Source of the DNA: Malacoraja senta
Taxonomy: Eukaryota
Direction of reading: 5' to 3'
NCBI GenBank assembly: GCA_038087875.1
Contig: CM075997.1
Coordinates: 2,544,001 to 2,608,000 of the forward strand
Length of the DNA stretch: 64,000 nt
Both the position numbers and the translations under genes were made by a program. Positions 12,386-24,220 of the stretch are shown one piece after another. Below the pieces are notes generated by a model. The model worked only from the letters and a program-made list of their open reading frames with translations, was not told the DNA's origin and did not search any database. Each line of letters starts with the position of its first letter. The stretch's first letter is position 1.

Positions 12386-13104
12386 TCCAGAGATGGTTCT
12401 GCAGAGATGCTGCCTGACCCCCTGAATTACTTTGTATCTCTGAATCTGAGTCATTTGGCTCATGTAGAAGGGATGACTAAGGGCAAATTACACGAACTTT
12501 ACAGTCTCTGTGAAACTAATTACCAAAAAACCAGTCCACAAGGTTAAGAAAACAAATGTAGGGAGTTAATTTATGAATAAAACATTAAATTGAAAAGTCA
12601 GTTCCACATACACTGCCAAATTAGCGTAATTTATTTTTTGACCTTATATTTAGTTTTATTTTAATTAGTTACAACAATTCTTGGAGGTTTTAAATGGCCA
12701 TGAATATCAGAGACATTAATAAACTTGTCAATAACATAATCTCCCAGACTTTGATAAAGCTGGAGTCTCAGCAGTGGCCTATGTACTAGGAAGGGTCTGC
12801 AGATGCTGGTTTGTACCAAAGATGGACACAAAGTGCTGGAGTAGCTCAGCGGGTCAGGCAGCATCTCTGGAGAAAAAAGTTAGTCAACGTTTCGGGTCAG
12901 TCTGAAGAAGGGTCCTGACCCGAAAGGTCACCTATCCATGATCGCCAGAGATGTTGCCTGACCCACTGTGTTACTCCAGCACTTTGTGTCTATCAATGTC
13001 CAAGGCCTACCTGCTGTTGAAGCCTCGCTAGATTCTCCTGCATGCAGAGGGAGCAAGCCCACCTCCCTGCATCTGACCCAGATAAGTGTAGGCGAGATAT
13101 TCAT

Positions 13105-13390
13105 GCTTACAGTGCCAGAGACCCGGGTTCGATCCTGGCTACGGGTGCTGTCTGTACAGAGTTTGTACATTCTCACAGTGACCCTGTGGGTTTTCTCCAG
13201 GTGCTCCGGTTTCCTTCCACACTCCAAAAACGTACAGGTTTGTAAGTTAATTGGCTTCAGTAAAAAATTGTAAATTGTCTCTTGTGTGTAGAATAGTGGT
13301 AGTGTATGGGGTGATCATTGGCTCGTGTGGGCTCTGTGGGCCGAAGAGCCTGTTTCCGCATTGTATCTCTAAGCTAACCTAAACTAAACT
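13105..13390 (+). mobile_element. HE1/V-SINE
   Basis: Same consensus, head slightly truncated. Confidence 0.85.
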
Positions 13391-13789
13391 AGTTTTGCCC
13401 AATCTTTTCTGGCAAATATGATCACTGATCCCCTTTCGCGGATCTTCATTGACTCTTAATTAAAAAATAGGTCTTCAATATTTATGAAGCCTCCTTTGAG
13501 CACATTTAAAGGTGTTGGAAAATAACAGACAATATATACAAACCAAAGCCAATGTAAACAAACGAGGTGCAGAGCACACAATCAGCTCCCACAGCTCCTT
13601 CTGCTCTTTGCTATTAATAGTGCAGCAACTATTGTACAATAATATAACATGTAGCACTGTTGCAGAGGCAAAATATGTTTGCGGAGCTCTCAAGAGATAG
13701 TCTCCATTATTTTATTAGGAAGCGGCATAGCACAGCTTATGTAAAAGCGATAGAGGTGGTTTGATTATTATTTTCCCTGTGGCTAGAGC

Positions 13790-13950
13790 AATGAGTCTTA
13801 GTCAGGATATTGACGTTAATTACTCTTCTCTCCAAAATAGTGCCGTGGGATTTTTTTGTCTATCTGGTAGAGCAGATAGGGCCTCGGTTTAATGTCCCAA
13901 CTAAAACATGGCACCTCTGATTGTGTAGCACTGTCTCAGTACTGGTGGTC
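13790..13950 (-). mobile_element. Ancient DeuSINE (SacSINE1/AmnSINE-like) remnant
   Basis: atagtgccgtgggat...gggcctcggtttaatgtc...ggcacctctga...gcact..ctcagtactg resembles the reverse complement of the Deu domain; a second degenerate copy may lie near 49300-49590. Confidence 0.55.
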
Positions 13951-14008
13951 ATAAGTGATAGGGGCAGAATTAGGCCATTTGGCCCATCAGGTCTATCCCG
14001 CCATTCAA

Positions 14009-14208
14009 NNNNNNNNNNNNNNNNNNNNNNNNNNNNNNNNNNNNNNNNNNNNNNNNNNNNNNNNNNNNNNNNNNNNNNNNNNNNNNNNNNNNNNNNNNNN
14101 NNNNNNNNNNNNNNNNNNNNNNNNNNNNNNNNNNNNNNNNNNNNNNNNNNNNNNNNNNNNNNNNNNNNNNNNNNNNNNNNNNNNNNNNNNNNNNNNNNNN
14201 NNNNNNNN
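14009..14208. other. Assembly gap (200 N)
   Basis: Run of N. Confidence 1.
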
Positions 14209-14724
14209 TGGGGAATCTCAGACCTTAAGGCACACCAGACATTGGAGGAGTGCTGAGAATTGCTAATGTATTAGAGGGCAGTTACAAATGGACCTGGCCT
14301 GAAGCAACCACAGGTATTTTGGGGAATGGTTCTTGGTGTTTGGATTGAGGGCAGCTGAGCTTTGTATAGGAGAATAGATGCAAAATGCTGGAGTAACTCA
14401 GCGGGTCAGGCAGCATCTCTGGAGAAAGGGAATAGATGACGTTTCAGGTCAGAACCTGTGAGAAGAAGGGTTCTGACCCGAAATGTCACCTTTTCACCGG
14501 AGATGCTGCCTGACCCGCAGAGTTCCTCCAGCTTTTTGTGTCTATCTTCGGTATAAACCAGCATCAGCAGTTCTTGCTGGTTGAATACCAATATTCCATT
14601 TTGTCTGGAATATTGGTATATTTCCAAAGGAAGTTCATATTTGGGTAGAAGCTGCTTTGCCACACTTCCGCGCCGCCATGACAATAAGGTACCACCACAA
14701 TGCTCACTTTCATCTCAAAAGGAT

Positions 14725-15110
14725 TACAATACAATACAATACCGTTTATTGTCATTTGAACCTCAAATGAAGTTCAAACGAAATTTGGTTTCTGCAGTCA
14801 TACAACAAGAAAAAAAAGGAAGAAAAAAAAACCAAGACACGCAATTAACACAAACATCCATCACAGTGAATCTCCTCCTCACTGTGATGGAAGGCAAAGC
14901 CATTGTCTCTCCCCTGTTTTCCATTCTTCTCCAGATGTTAAAGCCCCCGGCGGGCGATGGCAAGTCCCGCGGTCGCTAAAGCCCCGCCGGGCGATGTAAG
15001 GCCCCGCCCGGGTCTTGATGTTGGAGCCCCCGGCGGGCGATGGCAAGTCCCGCGGCCATTAAAGCCGCGCCGGGCGATGTAAGGCCCCGCTCCGGGTCGT
15101 TTTCAACCCT
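14725..15110 (-). mobile_element. 3' part of the same GC-rich retroposon
   Basis: Reverse complement of about 3005-3390, including the (caata)n tail. Confidence 0.75.
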
Positions 15111-15587
15111 GATATATGCGTACGAAGGAGATACCACCTTCTGCCCGAGCCCCTTTATGAGAGTGACCTTGTCCCTCAAGGTTGCCTGGTTGTGGCAGAC
15201 TGCAGCCGAGAGAAATCACATTGCTGCACTTCCAAAGGCACAGCAAAGCTTGAAGAACTTCAGCACGACTTTAGTTTCACAAACAGTTTAGTTTCCTCTC
15301 CCTCACTGATCTGCAAGTTTCACTGCCGCAACAAAAAACGTCAAGTTTCAATTTCTGTCAATTTGGAGAAGTCCCCAAAAGTGACCAATGCGCGCAGCAA
15401 AGGACGTGCTGAGATATTAAGGAACTAAATAAGGACTGGCCTTGGAACAACGATTTCTGAATAGCCATTAAAAAAATATCTGTCAATTTTATATGTTGCT
15501 AAACAAAAATAAAATGCTGAGATGCTGGAAATCTGAAATAAAAATAGAAAATAAAGTTCAGTATGTCATAAAATATCTGTGCAGGAG

Positions 15588-15816
15588 CAGGGCCGTCTTA
15601 ACGCATGGGCATGCTGGGCAGTTGCCCGGGGCCCCACGAGCATAGGGGCCCCACGCTGATCTATGTATTGTAGAATGTTATTGTAGAACATGAAAATGGA
15701 GAAGAACATGGCAAGTACATGACGGCATATTTGATTCGGCATAAAGAAACTGGAAGTGTAGGGGCCCCAGTGCACTGCTTTGCCCGGGGGCCTATAATGC
15801 TGATAAGACGGCCCTG
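15588..15816. mobile_element. hAT-like MITE
   Basis: 13-bp TIR cagggccgtctta/taagacggccctg; degenerate 8-bp flanks tgcaggag/tgcatggg. Confidence 0.65.
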
Positions 15817-15819
15817 TGC

Positions 15820-16282
15820 ATGGGTAGGATATGGGTAGGGAAGGAGAGATGGGGAGAGGGGTAGGGAGATGTGAAGGGGAGAGAGAGGGGGGGAGGTGGA
15901 GGGGGGAGAGAGAAAGAGAGAAAGGGAAAGAGAGGGGGGGAAGAGGGGGGGAGAGAGAGAGAGAGGGCGAGAGGGGGGGGAAGAGAGAGAAGAAGAGAGG
16001 GGGGAGAGGGGGGAGAGGGGGGAGAGGGGGGAGAGGGGGAGAGGGGGGAGGGGGAGAGGGGAGGGAGAGGGGGAGAGGGGGAGAGGGGAGAGGGGGAGAG
16101 GGGAGAGAGGGAGAGAGGGAGAGAGGGAGAGAGGGAGAGAGGGAGAGAGGGAGAGAGGGAGAGAGGGAGAGAGGGAGAGAGGGAGAGAGGGAGAGAGGGA
16201 GAGAGGGAGAGAGGGAGAGAGGGAGAGAGGGAGAGAGGGAGAGAGGGAGAGAGGGAGAGAGGGAGAGAGGGAGAGAGGGAGA

Positions 16283-16331
<49 letters not shown>
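15820..16331 (+). repeat. Polypurine tract: (GGGAGAGA)n and (GA)n
   Basis: About 500 bp of almost only G and A. Confidence 0.95.
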
Positions 16332-16332
<1 letters not shown>

Positions 16333-17127
16333 ATTCAAGATGAAATAATTTATTGAAATGGATATTTGTAATCCTTGCTGGCGTTGCCCTTGAAATAACA
16401 AAACTGTATGGGTCATTACTCTCCAGTCAAATTAAATCCTTTGTGAAACACTCTTTTACAGTGTATCAAAAAAAGAAATGCTATTTCTGTAGCTCCTTTC
16501 CTGACCAAATAACATCATGAAGCACTTAAAGGCCTGTCTCACGAGTCTGCGGTCATTGGCGGCAAAACAGGAACTATCTACCGCTCCTGGGCCGCCAGAG
16601 ACCACGGGCTCGGTCAAACGCACAATTCCGGGGCCGTGCGGCGTAGTTCCCAACACCGCACGGTGCTAAAAAAAAACCAACACTGTCCAAAAATATGTTC
16701 CTACCGCACAGCCGCCGCCAGTGAGGCACGAGTGCCATGAGTCGAACCTGGATAAACTAGATACAACAAATAGTAACATTAACGATTGGCAGGGCCAATA
16801 TTCATTGGCCATCAAAAAAATCAAACTGCTGGAGGAACAAATGGGTCAGGCATCCTCTGTGCAGGGAAATGGACAGATGATTTTTGGGGTTGGAACCGAT
16901 CTTCAGACTCAGACTAAAGGGAAGGTAGCTGGTAGAGAGAGATGAAGGGAAGGGGATGGCAAGAAGTAGCAAGTGTATTTCGGGTCAGAAGGATCCTAAC
17001 CCGAAATGCTATCTGACCATTTCCCTCCACAAATGCCGTTTAATCCATTGAGTTCTCCCTGCAATTATTTTTTCCAAGATTTCAGGATCTGCAATCTCTT
17101 GTGTCACAATTGATCTACCTTTTAAAA

Positions 17128-17435
17128 AGGGGCAGCACAGTGGCACAGCAGTAGACTTGCTGCCTTACAGCGCTAGGCACCCAAGTTCAATCCTGATTAC
17201 GGGTATTGTCTGTATAGAGTTTGTACATTCTCCCCGTGACCACATGGGTTTTCTCTGGGTGCTCCAGTTTCATCCCACACTCCAAGATGTACAAGTTTGC
17301 AGGTTAATTTGCTTCTGTAAATAGTAAATCGTCCTTAGTGTGTAGGATAGTGCTAGTGTAAGGTAATCGCTGGCTGGTGCGGGACTCGGTAAGCCAAAGT
17401 GCCTGTTTCCATGCTGTATCTCTAAAGTCTAAAGT
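17128..17435 (+). mobile_element. HE1/V-SINE
   Basis: Same consensus, full length. Confidence 0.85.
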
Positions 17436-19112
17436 ATATTTATTGTCCATCCCTACTTGTCCTTGAGAAATTGGTGGTGACCATAACTTCTTGAACTACT
17501 GCACCATCTGGTGAAGATGCCTCCAATGAGGCGGGAGTTCCAGGTTTTGGGCCAAGCGACAATGAAGGAATTACAATATATTTGCAAGTCAGAATGGTGT
17601 TTGAGCTACCAGTGGCAGTGTTCCAACGCAACCACACTCTTGCCTATCTTCTGGAAGACTTCATAGGTTTTGACAGTGTTAATGAGACTAGTGATAGATA
17701 TCTGGTGATAAATATCTAAAGTAAATCAAATCTTTACTGCTCTACTGATACATATGTAATGTTTCAATGGACAAAGAATAGGAATGGCAAGATCTTTTAT
17801 CCTTTATTTAAAAAATGGGGCCGGTACAATGAGGTAGCACAGACTAAATAAAAACCTTGCATCGCATATGTTGAGAGGAGGTTCTGGTCCAGGTTATGTT
17901 TGCCACAAAGTCAGAGACATAATTGGCAGTCTGCTTATGTGTCTCTTCAAAAAGGTAGAATAAATATGAAATTAGAACTTTTACCCATTATTGTGTTCAA
18001 AAATTTTCTGACATGAAAAAATAGGGAATAGGTAGAAAAAAAACCCTATACCCAAATAACTTTCGGTATTTGGGGTTTCTGAGCAGTAATCACTATTATT
18101 TTGTGAGTTGGACATGCTCACATCTCCTGTGCTTTAAGGCCCTGTCAAGATGAATTGGCAACCTTCCTACACATCTTTTCCACTAAATTCTTTGCGGCAT
18201 GGATATGCACAAAACTGTCATGGACGTAATCATTTTTCTGATCATTCCTTTCTCCTGAGGCTTTTTATGAATTCTTGTGTTTCAGTAACAGAGAGTACAA
18301 TCAAATCCTTGTTCACCATTCTGTGGCTTTGTATATTATTCCTCTAAATGCAATCATATAAAGAGTAGCGTAGGAAGGAACTGCAGATGCTGGTTTACAC
18401 CGAAGATAGACACAAAATGCTGGAGTAACTCAGCCTCTCTGGAGAGAAGGAATGGGTGACGTTTCGGGTCGTGACCCTTCTTCAGTGGCATTGTTTTACT
18501 GAACAACGAGATATTTTTGCAGATTTGTTGAAAGTACTTTTTAAGCAGACCTGCAGACAGTAACAGCAATGTAAGCCAAGTCCTTAACATCCGAACCTAC
18601 ATCCTGAATGTAAAAGCATGCAATTAGCTTTCAGAAACTCAGGGTAATAGTCAGGTTGAAACCCAGAACTTGTCAAAGAGGAAATTCATGATTCATAAAC
18701 TATCATTATGAACCATGCTGCATTGGTGCACGAATCACATGTTATAAACATTATTTAATTTGCTCTTGATTGAATTCAGTGGATAATTTGCAACTAATAT
18801 TCATTTGACCGCATTCACAGCTTGCGTAGGTTATTTTGTGCAATAATTGAAAGTACACAACTAAATCATTGCCTTATACGATTCATTGATTCCTGCTATG
18901 AATCGATTGGTATTCATTTTATGTAAAAAACTGTTAACATCACATCTTCCAAACTATCAATGGGACAGTTCGTGAAGGGAAATGATACGCCAATGCATTG
19001 GAGATTCTGTAATATAGAATTCAAGTATATTTAGCAGCAGTGCAGAGCAATGCCAATCTTTCCTACCCAAACTACGTATTACTTATTCTAACGGGTGTAG
19101 CAAAATGCTGAA

Positions 19113-19727
19113 ACATAGAAACATAGAAACATATAAAATAGGTGCAGGAGTAGGCCATTCGGCCCTTCGAGCCTGCACCGCCATTTGATATGATCATGGC
19201 TGATCATCCAACTCAGTATCCCATCCCTGCCTTCTCTCCATACCCCCTGATCCCTTTAGCTACAAGGGCCACATCTAACTCCCTCTTATAGCCAATGAAC
19301 TGGCCTCGACTACCTTCTGTGGCAGAGAATTCCACAGATTCACCACTCTCTGTGTAAAAAATGATTTCCTCATCTCGGCCCTAAAAGTCTTCCCTCTTAT
19401 CCATAAACTGTGACCCCTAGTTCTGGACTTCCCCAACATCGGGAATAATCTTCCTGCATCTAGCCTGTCCAACCCCATAAGAATTTTGTAAGTTTCTATA
19501 AGATCCCCCCTCAGTCTTCTAAATTCCAACATGTACAAGCCGAGTCTATCCAGTCTTTCCTCATATGAAAGTCCTGCCATCCCAGGAATCAGTCAGGTGA
19601 ACCTTCTCGGTACTCCCTCTATGGCAAGAATGTCTTTCCTCAGATTAGGAGACCAAAACTGTACGCAATACTCCAGGTGTGGTCTCACCAAGACCCTGTA
19701 CAACTGCAGTAGAACCTCCCTGCTCTT
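19113..19727 (-). mobile_element. CR1/HER1-type LINE 3' fragment
   Basis: LSYEERL...RRLRGDLIETYKI...TRGH...FFTQRVVNLWNSLP; (catagaaa)n tail. Confidence 0.9.
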
Positions 19728-20767
19728 ATGTAACTCAGGAAGTAACTCAGCAGGACTGGCAGCATCTCTGGAGAGAAATGGGTGACGTTTTGGGGCGAGA
19801 CCCTTCTTCAGACTGAGTCAGGGGAGAGGGAGTAGTGAACGTTTTAGTTCAAATTGGCTAGGCATGGTAGAATTAGAGACAGTAATATTCATGTAAAAAA
19901 TTAACAATAATGCATTAACATGGTGACATTATTTTATCAGCCATAAAAACATCATGGTTGAACAATGGATAATTTATCGTTCTGTGATTTGGAATGTGCA
20001 ACTCAATCAAGTGCATGCACTAATGTACTAGATGGACGTTTATGCAAGAAAAATAATTCCTGTGACATTTTTATTTGGCCTAAATGAACCACGTGTTAGG
20101 GAGTGAATATTACTCAACAAGATTTCGGGCTTGGTTTGACTTCCAAATCAATCAATGACCTCAAATTTTGGCATCTTTTCAAATTTGAGTTTTAAAAATT
20201 ATTTTCTGTTGTGCTCAGCTCGAGTGACATTAATAATTATGAAATTCGTTATTTTCCCTTCATTTATCTTAACGTCAGACATAGTCATTCCCGGGTAATG
20301 TGCAGTAATGGGTAGATAAGGTTGGCGTTGCTCTGGACTGCCACTAAATGTGCTTGTTCCCCAAATTCAATCATTACTGATCTACCGGTGTACCAATTCC
20401 ATTCCCCATAGGAAGCAACCATATCACTTCTCTCAATGGAAATTAATATTTGCATCCGGTTAGTCTTGAGATGTGAAGAAGGTAATGAGTCTTTGGAATT
20501 CTCCAACCAAGAAACTTTGCTACTGCGTTTATTCAAAACCAAATTGATATATTTTGGGATATTAAGGGAATCAAGGGATAAAGGGCTAAGGCAGAAAACT
20601 AGTGCTGAAGCAAGAGATCAGCCATGATCCCTCCCACTGGATGGCAGAACAAGAGGATGGGCTGAGTAGAATCTTCCTGCTTGTATTTCTTACATTGTTA
20701 CCAGACATGTGCTGTCTGTATGCCCAGAAAAATACAGCGGTGATATTTTGAACACAAACATGGACAG

Positions 20768-21101
20768 ATGCGGAGCTTGCGGACCTGACCGGAGCGTGGA
20801 GAGCTGTGGTGGCGCGCGGCTGCAACCCGTCTTCGGAGCTTCGGAGGCTCCGGCTGCAGGCCCTGTGGACGGTAACATCAGGAGCTCGCTGGTCCCTGGT
20901 GGGAGACCGCTTTTCGGAGCTCCCGCAACGGCAACTTCGCCCGCCAGGATCGCGGGGTTAAAACGACCCGGAGCGGGGCCTGACATCGCCCGGCGCGGCT
21001 TTAACGGCCGCGGGACTTGCCATCGCCCGCCGGGGGCTTCAACATCAAGACCCGGAGCAGGGCCTTACATCGCCCGGCGCGGCCTTAACGGACTTACCAT
21101 C
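20768..21101 (+). mobile_element. Internal fragment of the same GC-rich retroposon, abutting the HERO 3' end
   Basis: Matches about 2825-3160; 84-bp period (20966 and 21050). Confidence 0.75.
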
Positions 21102-24100
21102 ATCAGACTTAAATGGGTTTCACCACAAGTTGGGCTTATAGGACTTGATATTACAACCCCTACTATAATTGGCACCTTCTTACTATCTTGAGTGGGGGTA
21201 GGGATAAAATCTTCATTGGGGTCATCAGGTGGGCACCCTCCTTCCTTGGTGTTTCGTTGATAGGCCCACGACACCTCCAGAGGGCTCAACAGCAACACAT
21301 GGTGTCTCATGTGTTGCTGTTGCGCTCCCCTCTGCGCTCCCCTCTGTTTTACCCCTCTTGCTGGTCATTTTGCAGCCCAGTTGTCCTTCCTCTTCAGCCA
21401 CAGCCAGTTGCTGCTTCGCTCGGCAGCCTCTGACAGAGACCTGACAGCTTGCCGGAAGGCCTGTCCTCGAACTCCCATTCCCTTCAGGAGTCTGGTTGTT
21501 GACATGGCTACAAACCCTCTACAACCAACCTCTGCAGGGAGCACCTGGGTACGCCAGCCGCGTTGTTCTGCCTCGGCTGCTAAGTCTGATTACTTCAGAC
21601 ATTTGCGTTCATGCGCTTCACCAACTGCAGCCTCCCAAGGCATAGTTAACTCCACGATGTACAGGGACTTCTGTGAGGTTGACCACAAGATCAGGTCTGG
21701 CCTGAGATTAGTTGTGATGATCTCTGGTGGAAAGATGAGCTTCTGGTCTAGATCAGCCTGCATTCTCCAGTCCCGGCCAGTATCCAGGAGGGTCGGTTCC
21801 TTTCTTGCAAGTGGCTTCTCTGGAAGTTGTCCTGCCTTTACAAAAGGGGTGGTGTTCGAGAAACCAGGTGTTGGGGGAGGGGGGGCATTGGTGGTAGTCC
21901 TCCTTCCTTCCAAGGTAATCGGCAGTTGTTTCAGGACCTGATTGTGCCTCCAGGTGTAGCGGCCTTGTGAAAGACTGGTTTTGCAGCCAGTGAGGATGTA
22001 CCTTAATGTTGCTGGGGTTTGGCAGAGAGAACATGACGGATCTTCTCCAAACCACTGGTTTAGGTTCTTGGGTGTGGGAAGAACATCGTAGGTGGCTCTG
22101 ATGATGAAGCTAAGACGGCTTCCTTCCATCTCCCACAGATCCTTCCAGGTAAGCTTACGATGCTCTGTGTTTTCCCAGGTAGTCCACTGGCCCTGTTTGG
22201 ACTGTGAGCCTGCCTTTGTGCATCTCTCTGCCTCCTCTTGCTGACGGACCTCAGCCACTACCAGCTGTCTTCTCTGGGTGGATGTTGTCTTGTGCCATGT
22301 GGGTCGACTTGTCCCGAGTCCAATCCCACCTCTTCCCTGCTGCACCTGTCCTACGATGTCTCCATGCCTGAGAGCAGATTTTGTTTGCTGTACAGGATGT
22401 GGTCCACTTCCTTCCAGTTGCCAGTCTGGGAGCAGCCGCCCGTACCGCATCATCTTGAGACTCAGTTAAGGTCATGTCCAGCCTCACTTTGGTGCATTTG
22501 TATTCTTCTGTGAGGCTAGAGACAGGCAGTTCCAGAGCGCTGTATCCAAACAAGCCGATATTGCTGAGGCAACGCGGGAATCCAAGCTACATCTTGATGT
22601 ATGAACTGACTATCCTCTCCAGCTTCTCGACTTTGGTGATGGGACCTCGTAGACCGTCAGAGGCCACATCAGACGGGGGAGCAATCCAAACTACGGGCAC
22701 CACAGTTTCAGTTTACCAGGAAGTGAGGTCTTGTCTATGCGAGCAAGGCCTTTGATGGTTTTATCCCTCAGTTGGTCACACTGGTCTGAGTCTTTGAGGC
22801 TTGCATTGTACCACCATCCTAAACTCTTGACTGGCAGCTCTGACACCATCGGAATTGGTGTTTCATCAATGTGGAATCGCTTGTCTACGATTTTTCCTCT
22901 GATGATGGATATGCTCCTGGATTTGCTGGGTTTCAACTTCATCCGGGCCCATGTTATGTTCACATGAAGCTTTTCCAGCAGGCGCTTGGTACATGCAATG
23001 GTTGAAGTCAGGGTGGTCATGTCATCCATGTAGGCGCGAATGGGAGGTAGCCGTTGCCCAGACTGCAGCCGCTCTCCTCCTACGACCCACTTGGAAGCTC
23101 GCATGATCACTTCCTCAGGTCCCTTCTCTCTTTGATTAGGCGCTATACAAATATTGTATTTGTCTCTTTGGAATGTGATGATTCCACATCAATAAGGCTG
23201 GTGAAGGCTAGCGGGGAGATGGTGCAACCTGCCATTATTCCCACTTCCAGTGATTGCCATGATGTTGTGTATTCTGTTGTTGTAATACAGAATTGCAAGT
23301 CTTGGAAGTAGTTTCTGACCAGGTTTGTAATGGTCTTTGGCACATGGAAGAACTCGAAGGCTGTCCAGAGGAGAGAATGGGGAACAGATCCAAAAGCATT
23401 GGCTAGGTCCAGGAATAAGACGTGTAGATCTCTTCCTTCCCTTCTTGCAGACTGGATTTGATGCCATATCATGCTTGTGTGCTCTAAGCATCCAGAGAAG
23501 CCTAGTATACCAGCTTTGTGTACCGACGTGTCAATCAGGTTGTTCTGTTTCAGGTAGGTTATCAACCTTTGAGCAACAATGCTAAAGAAGATCTTCCCTT
23601 CAACATTCAAGAGATTCATTTGTCGGAATTGGTCGACGTTTGAGGCATCTTTTTCCTTGGGGATCACCACTCCCCCTGCTCTTCGCCGTGCTTTTGGGAT
23701 GGTTTGCTTTCTCCATGCTATCTTCATTTAGAACCTCCATAAGAACCGTAGAACATTTGGAGCATTTTTGTACAGCCGGTATGGAACTCCGTTTGGTCCC
23801 GGAGCTGAAGCTGCCATTGCCTTCCTTACGGCTTTGTCGACTTCGCTCCACCTTGGGAGGCTGTCGTCCAACTGGTGTTCTGGTTGAGGAATGGGTGGCA
23901 TGTCTGAAGGTACCCCCCTCTGCTCAAATCTTTGGTTGTCTGTGTACGTTGATTTCAGGTGGTCCTCCAATTCCCTCTTTGACACCTTAAGTGACCCGCT
24001 CTTTTCCTTTGTGAAGAGTCCTTTCACAAAAGTGAAGGGATCCTTGTAGAAGGATGTTCTTGCCCTCTCCTTCTTCTTGCGTCGAGTTCTGAGGGTTTCT

Positions 24101-24220
24101 GCTCTCCGCAGTCTTCACAGGCATTCCTTTAGATCTGCTTGCAGGAGGTTGATGCCCACTCTTTCCTCCAGTGAGGATTTCCTCCACCGTTTCCTCAGGT
24201 CCCTTCTCTCTTTGATTAGG
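21102..24220 (-). mobile_element. HERO-type (R2 group, restriction-like endonuclease) non-LTR retrotransposon, 5'-truncated and frameshifted
   Basis: Minus-strand fragments give GPNG, FLDLANAFGSVPH, GCTISP, YMDD, CxxC..RHNQ and PD..ELTxPWE (RLE). The reading frame ends WLWLKRKDNWAAK* at 21365. Confidence 0.88.
21222..21290 (-). ncRNA. Candidate permuted/pseudoknotted hammerhead-like RNA in the HERO 3' UTR
   Basis: Minus strand reads GUUGA g CCCUC ugga GGUG UC GUGGGC cua UCAAC GAAA CACC aaggaag GAGGG u GCCCAC CUGAUGA; four perfectly complementary helix pairs. Confidence 0.5.

Noticed and set aside
13921..14266. ORFs containing X runs
   Set aside because: They span the N gap.
15661..16416. 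Long Pro/Ser/Leu and Glu/Arg/Gly ORFs
   Set aside because: Translations of the GA microsatellite.
21095..21165. Second CUGAUGA and GAAAC pair at the HERO 3' terminus (minus strand)
   Set aside because: No convincing stem I or II pairing, and the CUGAUGA straddles the junction with the neighbouring repeat.
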